This document shows positions 26,133 to 33,592 of a stretch of DNA of 34,395 nt, one piece after another; positions within the stretch are counted from its first letter, which is position 1, and each line of letters starts with the position of its first letter. This stretch comes from Deltaproteobacteria bacterium (GTDB lineage: Bacteria > Bdellovibrionota > UBA1018 > UBA923). The notes under the pieces are model-generated. The model was not told where the DNA came from and searched no databases. It saw only the letters and a list, made by a program, of their open reading frames with translations. The position numbers were made by a program, and so were the translations under genes. The stretch is from positions 1-34,395 of the forward strand of contig JACQAW010000170.1 in the NCBI GenBank assembly GCA_016194725.1, in the 5' to 3' direction.

Positions 26133-27515
26133 ATGGCCCCCTCAATTCAATTTTTAGGCGCAGCCGGCACCGTTACAGGCTCCAAATTCCTTTTTAGGAC
26201 AGAAACACAGAAGATACTCGTCGACTGCGGGCTTTTTCAAGGGGTGAAAGAACTTCGCCTTCAAAATTGGGAAAAACTTCCCATTGAAGCCTCAGCCATC
26301 GACGCCGTGATTTTAACTCATGCCCATCTCGACCACACCGGCTACCTGCCGCTTCTGGTCCGGAACGGGTTCAAAGGAAAGATCTACTGTACGGCCCCGA
26401 CGCGGGAGCTCTCCAAAATCATTCTGAACGATAGCGCGCACATTCAGGAAGAGGATGCCGAATATGCGAATAGGTTGGGTTTTTCAAAACATTCTCCTGC
26501 AATGCCGCTTTATACGACTTCGGATGTTGCTCATACCTTGAAGCTGTTTATCTCGGTAGCTGGGGATAAATGGGTAAAAATCGCGAAAGACGTCAAATTT
26601 CGGTTATCTCCGAGCGGGCACATTCTCGGGTCCGCCTTCGTCGAGCTGAATCATTCTGGAATGCGGGTGGTCTTCAGCGGCGATCTGGGAAGAAAAAAAC
26701 CATTGATGCTGAATCCCCCGACGCGGTTGACCACCGCGGACTATCTTGTCATCGAATCGACTTATGGCGATCGCGTTCACTCGCCGGAGTCGCCGATGAA
26801 CGTGCTCAAGCGGGTGATCAACGAGACCGTGGCTCGCAAGGGGCATCTCATCATACCCAGCTTTGCGGTAGGCAGGGTGCAGGATGTCTTGTATCTCATC
26901 AGCAAGTTAAAAAGACAAAAGCTCATCCCCAACATCCCGGTGTATCTGGATAGCCCGATGGGGATTCACGCCACTGAGGTGCTCCTGGATTACCCAGAGT
27001 GGCATAAACTCGGCGCAAAAGAAATTGAAGCTTTCTGCCAGGACGCCATCATGGTTCGAAGTTATCAAGATTCAAACGGATTGGCCCGCGCCAGGAAGAG
27101 CACGATCGTGGTTGCTGGCAGCGGGATGTTGACCGGTGGGCGGGTGCTCCATCATCTCGAAACTCGGCTTTCAGATTCACGAAACACAATCCTGCTCGTA
27201 GGGTTCCAGGCTGCCGGTACGCGCGGCCGTTTGCTGCGTGATGGCATTCCCGAACTGAAGATGTACGGAAAGTACGTCCCCGTAAAAGCACGAATAGAAG
27301 AGCTTTCGTCGCTTTCGGCGCACGCCGACCAGTCTGAGATCATCGAATGGCTGAGAGGCTTTCGATCGGCGCCGAAAACGACCTTCATCGTTCACGGCGA
27401 GCCGCAGGCTGCCGATGCATTGCGAGTGCGGATTCGAGATTCTTTGAACTGGTTTGCCGAGGTCCCAGCTCATTTGGAAGTGAAAGAATTAAACCTCAAA
27501 ACGCAAGACGAATAA
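26133..27515 (+). CDS. MBL-fold beta-CASP metallo-hydrolase (RNA-processing type)
   Basis: FLGAAGTVTGS, THAHLDH, GHILGS, FSGDLG, ESTYG, LSAHADQ, VHGE; likely start ATG 26133. Confidence 0.92.
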   Translation: MAPSIQFLGAAGTVTGSKFLFRTETQKILVDCGLFQGVKELRLQNWEKLPIEASAIDAVILTHAHLDHTGYLPLLVRNGFKGKIYCTAPTRELSKIILNDSAHIQEEDAEYANRLGFSKHSPAMPLYTTSDVAHTLKLFISVAGDKWVKIAKDVKFRLSPSGHILGSAFVELNHSGMRVVFSGDLGRKKPLMLNPPTRLTTADYLVIESTYGDRVHSPESPMNVLKRVINETVARKGHLIIPSFAVGRVQDVLYLISKLKRQKLIPNIPVYLDSPMGIHATEVLLDYPEWHKLGAKEIEAFCQDAIMVRSYQDSNGLARARKSTIVVAGSGMLTGGRVLHHLETRLSDSRNTILLVGFQAAGTRGRLLRDGIPELKMYGKYVPVKARIEELSSLSAHADQSEIIEWLRGFRSAPKTTFIVHGEPQAADALRVRIRDSLNWFAEVPAHLEVKELNLKTQDE

Positions 27516-27526
27516 AAGGAGATGTC

Positions 27527-27907
27527 ATGGCTTCATATGTGATTTGGATGGATTCGAAAGAAGGAAAAGTATTTGATCTTTTGCCGGAAGGAACAAAAGT
27601 CAGGCACCTGCATACGCATGGCCACAAATACAAGCCACAGCCTGGCGGTGACCACAATGAGGCGCATCAGCACGGTCTTGATGGATTTTTCAAGCAGCTC
27701 GCCGATTCCATCAAAGATGCCAAAGAAGTGATCGTTCTTGGGCCGTCCGAGGCGAAAGTGCATTTCAAAAGCTATCTTGAAAAGCACTTCGCCCATACTC
27801 TTGCCAAAAAGATTGTGGCAGTTGAAACCGTTGATCACCCAAGCGACAATCAGATTCTTGCGCAGGCTCGAAAGTTCTTCAAGGCCTACGATGCGTTCCA
27901 GCAGTAG
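27527..27907 (+). CDS. Small aeRF1-domain-like (baeRF) protein
   Basis: VIWMDSKEGKVF...FFKQLADSIKDAKEVIVLGPSEAK...VETVDHPSDNQILAQARKFF; SD AAGGAG. Confidence 0.82.
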   Translation: MASYVIWMDSKEGKVFDLLPEGTKVRHLHTHGHKYKPQPGGDHNEAHQHGLDGFFKQLADSIKDAKEVIVLGPSEAKVHFKSYLEKHFAHTLAKKIVAVETVDHPSDNQILAQARKFFKAYDAFQQ

Positions 27908-28721
27908 CCCCCCGGTAAGGCACATCCTATGGAGTGTTTCTCCAAGGACTGAAATCGACGTGCTATTGCGCTCGATATCGGCGCTAGGGGCCTTCGCACG
28001 CGCGCATGAGGCCGTGATTCAGCCGGTTTTTGTGCATAACCTGAATGAAGGTGGAATCGATGAGGCTGAACGCGAGTTTGGAAAGGCGATAGGTAGATTC
28101 AGTGAGCCGCTTTTCATAAGGCCCAAGGTCATTTCTTGCGCCGGCTCGTCAGTGAACGGCGCCGTCGATGCTCTTTGCGATTACGCTGCGTTGTCCGCTA
28201 GCGACGTTATCGGTGTCAGCACCCACGCGCGGGCTGGCCTCTCGCGAATGGTGCTTGGCAGTTTTGCAGAAACTTTGATTCTGAGATCCAAAGTGCCGGT
28301 TCTTGTGGTGAATCCTCACGATCTCTGGCGGGAAGAGCGGGTGGGGCGAATTCTTGTGGCTAGCGACCTTGATGCGGAGTCCTTTGGCTTCTTCAAGCGC
28401 GTGGCTTCGGTTGCCAGTCGAATGGAGTCCTCACTGCTCATTTATTCAAAAACCGACAAAGCCCAACATCTTGCACGAGCTAAAGTGGCGGGATTATGGG
28501 CTCAGGAGGTGGCGCAGGCTTTTGGAGTCGCTGCTGAAATTATGATTGAGACGGGCAGTGAAGAAGTTTCTTCCGCCATTATCCGGCACGCTTCAGTGTC
28601 CAAGTGCGGCATGATTGCGCTTCAGACCCGATCGGGGGCGTTGAAAGCTGCCTTGCACGGTAGCATCGCGCGCGCCCTGGCCCGCTCGGCACCGTGCCCC
28701 TTATGGATTGAGCGAGCCTGA
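27891..28721 (+). CDS. Tandem universal stress protein
   Basis: DVIGVSTHARAGLSRMVLGSFAETLI; ILVASDL; LHGSIARALARSAPCP; likely start ATG 27891. Confidence 0.87.
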   Translation: MRSSSSPPVRHILWSVSPRTEIDVLLRSISALGAFARAHEAVIQPVFVHNLNEGGIDEAEREFGKAIGRFSEPLFIRPKVISCAGSSVNGAVDALCDYAALSASDVIGVSTHARAGLSRMVLGSFAETLILRSKVPVLVVNPHDLWREERVGRILVASDLDAESFGFFKRVASVASRMESSLLIYSKTDKAQHLARAKVAGLWAQEVAQAFGVAAEIMIETGSEEVSSAIIRHASVSKCGMIALQTRSGALKAALHGSIARALARSAPCPLWIERA

Positions 28722-28724
28722 AGC

Positions 28725-29726
28725 TTAATTCGTTTTTATTTTGTGGATAGCGACCTTCGAGTGAAGCTTGCGTATGAGTGCGTAATGGCCGAGCGAAGTC
28801 CCTTCTGTTGCAGCCGTGGCAGCACCGGCGGCAATACCCCAGCGGAAAACGTCCGAGAGCTGTTTCGGTGTCGCCTGCTCGATGTCCTCTGGCCGGGCCA
28901 GCTTCCAGGATGCGAGCCTCGCTGCTATCGCTCCAACCATCGAATCACCAGCCCCCACTGTTCCCCTGGCCTTGATTCGCGGGGCCCGCGCCATCCAAGT
29001 TTCTTGATTCACGCAGAAAAGCGCCCCTCGATCTGCCAGCGATACGCACACGATCGCCGCCCTTCGAGACAGCTGGTGCGCGGCGGCGGCGATTGCCGAG
29101 ATGGAACGAAGGTTTTTCCCAATCAGCGTTTCAAGCTCTGTCTGATTCGGTTTGATCAGAAGAATTCTGGCTGACGGTGACCGGATAATGGCCTTGAGAG
29201 CAGGTGCTGGAACATCAACGACGACCCCGAGCCCTTGTTTCGACACCGAATCGATGAGGTCGATGTAAAAGCGCGGTGAACAGCCGGCCGGAAGGCTGCC
29301 GCCAATGAGTACGATGCCCGGAGCTCGGAATTTGGATATCGCGGATAGGAGCAAGCGAATTTCCTGCCGGCTGATGTGGGGGCCCGGGAAGGTCAAACGT
29401 GTCTGCTTGTGGTCATGGTCGTTCGTGACGGTGACATTGGTGCGGGTGGTTCCTCGAATTTTCGTGAACTGTTCCTCAAGCCCCTCGCTCTTCAAAAGCG
29501 CCTGAAGCTGTGAGCCTGTGCCGCCACCCAGAAAGCCGAGTAGCATGGGGCGGCCACCCAGCCTTTTTGCAATACGGGCCGCGTTGATCGCATTGCCGCC
29601 GGGATCGAGCCGTGCTCGTTCCACGTAGTTCTTCTCGTCGGCGACAATTCGGTTCACGTGTCCTGACAGGTCAAGCGCTGGGTTTGGGGTTATGGCGTAG
29701 ATTCTCGTTTGTCCTTCTCTGTTCAT
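28725..29726 (-). CDS. pfkB: PfkB/1-phosphofructokinase family sugar kinase
   Basis: ITPNPALD, PGGNAINAAR, TRTNVT, GGSLP, KPNQTEL, TVGAGDSMV. Confidence 0.88.
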   Translation of the reverse strand: MNREGQTRIYAITPNPALDLSGHVNRIVADEKNYVERARLDPGGNAINAARIAKRLGGRPMLLGFLGGGTGSQLQALLKSEGLEEQFTKIRGTTRTNVTVTNDHDHKQTRLTFPGPHISRQEIRLLLSAISKFRAPGIVLIGGSLPAGCSPRFYIDLIDSVSKQGLGVVVDVPAPALKAIIRSPSARILLIKPNQTELETLIGKNLRSISAIAAAAHQLSRRAAIVCVSLADRGALFCVNQETWMARAPRIKARGTVGAGDSMVGAIAARLASWKLARPEDIEQATPKQLSDVFRWGIAAGAATAATEGTSLGHYALIRKLHSKVAIHKIKTN

Positions 29727-29739
29727 GCATGCTCAATAA

Positions 29740-29756
29740 TGCATTCCAGATGCCAA
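29740..29756 (-). promoter_or_regulatory. sigma54 promoter for pfkB
   Basis: TTGGCAT-CTGGA-ATGCA, 29 nt from box 29786. Confidence 0.68.
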
Positions 29757-29785
29757 GATACCGGGGCTTTGAAGTTCGAGGGCAC

Positions 29786-29822
29786 GGGACACCAAGTGTC
29801 GTTTCGTGAGCAAATTTGTCTC
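29786..29822. promoter_or_regulatory. Tandem enhancer boxes
   Basis: GGGACA-CCA-AGTGTC 29786-29800 (half-site) and GAGCAA-ATT-TGTCTC 29808-29822. Confidence 0.68.
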
Positions 29823-29862
29823 AAGCCACCGTCGACCCGCGCGATTTCCGCCAGTAAATGCC

Positions 29863-29879
29863 TTGGCACGCTCGCTGCA
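29863..29879 (+). promoter_or_regulatory. sigma54 promoter
   Basis: TTGGCAC-GCTCG-CTGCA, 40 nt from box. Confidence 0.75.
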
Positions 29880-29930
29880 ACAATGCCTAAACGAGACTGG
29901 CGACTTATTCAAAAAACAGGAGGAATCAAG

Positions 29931-30461
29931 ATGAACAATCTGACAACGAAGAATTTTTGGAATCCATGGGCCGATGAGTCGGCGACTTTTCAGCGTGCCG
30001 TCGAGCGCTTGTTTGGCGACTCGATGTTATCGTTAAAGGCGAATGCGAAGATGCCAACGTTCAATCCCATGTGCGATGTCGAGGAGTCGGACGGGCACTA
30101 CCTGTTCAGCTTCGATGTGCCAGGTATCGGCAAAGACGATATCAAGGTGGAGCTTCTCGAAAACCAACTTGTGGTGTCCGGTGAACGGAAGTACGAGCAT
30201 TCTGAAAAGAAACATGCCCATCGCCTCAATGAGCGCTACTACGGCAGCTTTCAAAGGGCGTTCACGCTTCCCTCGGTCATTGATGCCGAGCGCGTCGAAG
30301 CTTCCTACGACAACGGCGTCCTTCGAATCGCCATTCCCAAAGCCGAAACCACGAGAAATCGGACGGTCAAGATAGGCGAAGGGAAAAGCGGATTTTTCGC
30401 CAAGATCCTGAGCCGGGGCGAAGGCGACAAGACGGAAACCGGAAAAAAGTTATCAGCATGA
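29931..30461 (+). CDS. Hsp20/alpha-crystallin small heat-shock protein
   Basis: DVPGIGKDDI, ERYYGSFQRAFTLP, ASYDNGVLRIAIPK; SD AGGAGG before ATG 29931. Confidence 0.93.
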   Translation: MNNLTTKNFWNPWADESATFQRAVERLFGDSMLSLKANAKMPTFNPMCDVEESDGHYLFSFDVPGIGKDDIKVELLENQLVVSGERKYEHSEKKHAHRLNERYYGSFQRAFTLPSVIDAERVEASYDNGVLRIAIPKAETTRNRTVKIGEGKSGFFAKILSRGEGDKTETGKKLSA

Positions 30462-30489
30462 GCGGGCATTGCCCTTCAAAGGAGATCAC

Positions 30490-30903
30490 ATGAAAGCAAT
30501 GCCAAGAATTCAAAAAGTCATGACCGCGATGCCGCACACCATTGGAAGCGACATTCCGATCAAAAAGGCGATGGAAATGATGCGGGAGTTCCGCATTCGC
30601 CATCTGCCGGTTCAGAGGGCCGGGCAGCTCATCGGTGTCTTGAGCGATCGAGACATCAAACTTGCCCGCTCATTTCAAGGGCCAGGCGAGCTGACCGTCG
30701 ATGACGTAATGACCCCCGATCCCTACGTCGTTGCTCCAGACGCCTCGCTGGACGAAGTCGCGTTCAATATGGCCGAACACAAATACGGCTGCGCTATCGT
30801 CCGGCAGTCCAACGGAAAGGTCGTTGGTATTTTCACGGACAACGACGCCCTCAGAAGTTTAGGTGAGACGCTCCGCAGCCACTACAAGACCGTGGCGGCT
30901 TGA
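30490..30903 (+). CDS. CBS-domain pair protein
   Basis: IRHLPV...GVLSDRDI; VDDVMT; VVGIFTDNDAL; SD AAGGAG. Confidence 0.9.
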   Translation: MKAMPRIQKVMTAMPHTIGSDIPIKKAMEMMREFRIRHLPVQRAGQLIGVLSDRDIKLARSFQGPGELTVDDVMTPDPYVVAPDASLDEVAFNMAEHKYGCAIVRQSNGKVVGIFTDNDALRSLGETLRSHYKTVAA

Positions 30904-30990
30904 CCAGCGCAAAGAGAACCGCAGGGCGCACCGCCACGATGGTTATCGTGGAGGACGTCTTGCGGTTCAGTTTTGATGGAAGGCCAGGAT

Positions 30991-31440
30991 ATGAACACTT
31001 TAGCGGCAAAGACAGGTGATCAAGCAGGACAAAAAGAGACAAAGACCGTCAATTTGTCCCATGGGTTGACCAAGGGGCGGCTTCTGGTGATCGACGACGA
31101 TGTTGGGATGCGGTCTCTTTTGAACGATGTGTTGTGCACCTCGGGCTACACCGTGACGAGCTTTTCGGACGCGATCGGAGCGTTGAAAATCGTTACGGCC
31201 AACGATCAGAATATTGACGCCATAATTTGCGATCTGAATATGCCCAGAATCAGCGGATTTGATTTCCTGGACATGCTGCAAAGGATGAAATCGAAGATAC
31301 CTCTGATACTCATTACCGCATTTGGAACGAAGAAGACCGAGCAGGAAGCGCAGAAAAAAGGCGCATTTGGCTACCTCTCAAAACCGTTCCAGCTTTCGGA
31401 AATCAGCGAGCTGATTCAAAAGGCAGTGAATCCGCTCTGA
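30991..31440 (+). CDS. Single-domain response regulator (receiver)
   Basis: LVIDDD, ICDLNMP, ITAFG, KPF; no output domain. Confidence 0.9.
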   Translation: MNTLAAKTGDQAGQKETKTVNLSHGLTKGRLLVIDDDVGMRSLLNDVLCTSGYTVTSFSDAIGALKIVTANDQNIDAIICDLNMPRISGFDFLDMLQRMKSKIPLILITAFGTKKTEQEAQKKGAFGYLSKPFQLSEISELIQKAVNPL

Positions 31441-31842
31441 CTACAGGCGACTGGCCTGAGACGGGATATAGGGCACGAATCTCAGGATCTCGAAATTCTT
31501 GACGCTGATTTCGAAGCGGAGCTCGGCTCCGACATACGACCCGGCATGGGGGGACAGCTCCCCCTGGAACTTGGGAAGCGGGTCCTGGAGGTTTACGGCC
31601 TGCAGCTCGATGGTCTGGCCCGTGCCGGAATCCCGAAACAGGGTAATAGCCATGCTCCTGGGCGCGAGCTTCTTGGTGTTGAGCGTATAGACCTCGACGT
31701 GGTTCGCAGCGGGATCGATTTTGACCTCAAACTGGTGCGTGTTGTTCTGAACGACTTTTCCGCCGTGGGGACCCGGCTTTTCTTCAGCGTGCCCAAGTTG
31801 AGAGGCAATCAATAAGAGCGCGGCGGCAACTTGAATTTTCAT
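31441..31842 (-). CDS. Exported hypothetical protein with GPHGG motif
   Basis: Signal peptide followed by EEKPGPHGG; start overlaps the stop of the upstream gene. Confidence 0.7.
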   Translation of the reverse strand: MKIQVAAALLLIASQLGHAEEKPGPHGGKVVQNNTHQFEVKIDPAANHVEVYTLNTKKLAPRSMAITLFRDSGTGQTIELQAVNLQDPLPKFQGELSPHAGSYVGAELRFEISVKNFEILRFVPYIPSQASRL

Positions 31843-32210
31843 AAAGTGCGGTTTCCCTTCCGGATGGTTTTAGTGTGTTCGGCTTCGCTGAGGTCGCTGT
31901 GCAGTTTCTTGCCATCTGTCAGGGCGAGCTTGCCGTCTTTTTCAAATATGAGGCGGATGGCTTGCATATCCGTCTCGAGGGGCAGCTCATAGACCATCAA
32001 TGTTCCCGAGCTTACTGCAACCAGTTTTGTCCGAACGTCTTCTTTTTTGAAGTATTCAGCCGTGAAGGTGTCGCGAATCCAGGTATTGCCCCGCACTTTG
32101 GCCACTCCTTGTTCGTAGGCATCGACTACGCCAAGAAAAAACCGTGAGTGGTCATTCTCAAAGAGTCGCCGATGGACGATCAGAACCTTCGAACCTTCTT
32201 CCAGGATCAT
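31839..32210 (-). CDS. Conserved-looking hypothetical protein
   Basis: 123 aa directly downstream of a sigma54 promoter; GSKVLIVHRRLFENDHSRFFLGVV. Confidence 0.7.
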   Translation of the reverse strand: MILEEGSKVLIVHRRLFENDHSRFFLGVVDAYEQGVAKVRGNTWIRDTFTAEYFKKEDVRTKLVAVSSGTLMVYELPLETDMQAIRLIFEKDGKLALTDGKKLHSDLSEAEHTKTIRKGNRTL

Positions 32211-32238
32211 GATGTTGCCCCTTCTTCAGGCTCAGAAT

Positions 32239-32255
32239 TGCAACCACTGGGCCAA
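32239..32255 (-). promoter_or_regulatory. sigma54 promoter
   Basis: TTGGCCC-AGTGG-TTGCA, 41 nt from box 32297. Confidence 0.72.
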
Positions 32256-32296
32256 GCTGAAATGAGGGTGGGGTTTGGGGTGGACCAGTTGATCAC

Positions 32297-32342
32297 GAGC
32301 AAAAAAGACTCGTTTCCGCTGTGGGGCGAGACATTGTGTCTC
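32297..32342. promoter_or_regulatory. Enhancer boxes including the perfect palindrome
   Basis: GAGCAA-AAA-AGACTC 32297-32311 and GAGACA-TTG-TGTCTC 32328-32342. Confidence 0.75.
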
Positions 32343-32381
32343 AAGAGGTGCTTTGCAAGTGCCTGAATACGCTGCGAAATA

Positions 32382-32398
32382 TTGGCATGAGCGCTGCA
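32382..32398 (+). promoter_or_regulatory. sigma54 promoter
   Basis: TTGGCAT-GAGCG-CTGCA, 39 nt from box. Confidence 0.75.
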
Positions 32399-32425
32399 GT
32401 ACCTAACTCTGAAAAGGGGAAGATC

Positions 32426-33583
32426 ATGAGCCGATACTCGCTTAGCGTATTTCTAGGACTGGCGGTTTTGAGTTTACTGACGTCGCTGCGCGCTGCGCGC
32501 GCCCAGGACGCGCCTGACGTCAAGGCGACGATGAACAGGAATTTCAACGCCTTGATGAATCTGCAATCGTTCGCGGCCGACCCCAAGGTGTTCGCGGATC
32601 CCAAAAATAGAGACGAAATCGAAAAGAATCTCGAAGCGATGTCGGGCCTCACGCATATCTTCCCGCAAAAGTTAGCAGGACAGGAGCCCGGCCTTGCAGC
32701 CATCTCGAGCCTGTTCTCGGATTACCTGAAAGAGGTGCAGAGGTCTTTCAAGAGTGGCGCGAACGGATCTTTTGTCAGAAACCAGGTCAGAACCATGATG
32801 GGCCTGTGCATGAGTTGCCATACTCGCGTGAGCACGAATCAGAGTTTTACCGATCTGAAAGACAAAGTCGACTCCACGCCGCTTACCGACTTTCAAAGAG
32901 CGGAATTTTATGCCGCCACCAGGCAATTCGACCGGGCGATCAAGGCTTTCGACGTGATCATTTCTGAAACCCCGAGCGGTGAGTTCGGCTATCTGGAGCT
33001 GGGTCGATCCGTGCGCGAAGCTTTAAGCATCACGATTCGGGTCAAGCAAGACCCCAAGGCCACCTTTTATATCCTCGAAAAACTCGCAACCCGGGATGAC
33101 CTGCCGGAGTTTTTTCAGCGCTATGTCGCGGAGTGGAAAAAAGACGTGACGAAATGGATGGGCGAAAAGAAGCGCCCCAAAGACATGACGGCAACAGAGC
33201 TGATGAACAAGGCGGATGCTTTGGTGGACCAGGCTACGAAGCGACAGCTGTTCCCGGTTGATCCGTCTGGCGACGTGAACTACCTGCGCGCCACCAACTA
33301 CATTCACGAGGCTCTGACAAAGGACCCCAAAGGCAAGTTTCGGGGCGAGGCGCTGTACCTTCTTGGCAGCTGTTACGACACCTTGCAAGACCCGATGCTT
33401 TGGGCGCTCGACAGCCTGTATTTCGAAGCCTGCGTGCGGGAGTTCCCGCACTCCGCGGTATCCAGGAAATGCTACCATCGTTACGCCGCGAAGCTTTACT
33501 TCGGCTACAGCGGCAGCGGTGGAACTTTCATTCCCGAAGACGAGATCAAAAAACTAACCGAGCTGCGAAAGCTCACTCAGTAG
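32426..33583 (+). CDS. Exported mono-heme c-type cytochrome (helical bundle) with TPR-like C-terminal region
   Basis: Signal peptide ending ARA; CMSCH after about 100 helical residues; TPR-like EALYLLGSCY; start ATG 32426. Confidence 0.75.
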   Translation: MSRYSLSVFLGLAVLSLLTSLRAARAQDAPDVKATMNRNFNALMNLQSFAADPKVFADPKNRDEIEKNLEAMSGLTHIFPQKLAGQEPGLAAISSLFSDYLKEVQRSFKSGANGSFVRNQVRTMMGLCMSCHTRVSTNQSFTDLKDKVDSTPLTDFQRAEFYAATRQFDRAIKAFDVIISETPSGEFGYLELGRSVREALSITIRVKQDPKATFYILEKLATRDDLPEFFQRYVAEWKKDVTKWMGEKKRPKDMTATELMNKADALVDQATKRQLFPVDPSGDVNYLRATNYIHEALTKDPKGKFRGEALYLLGSCYDTLQDPMLWALDSLYFEACVREFPHSAVSRKCYHRYAAKLYFGYSGSGGTFIPEDEIKKLTELRKLTQ

Positions 33584-33592
33584 AGGTATAGC

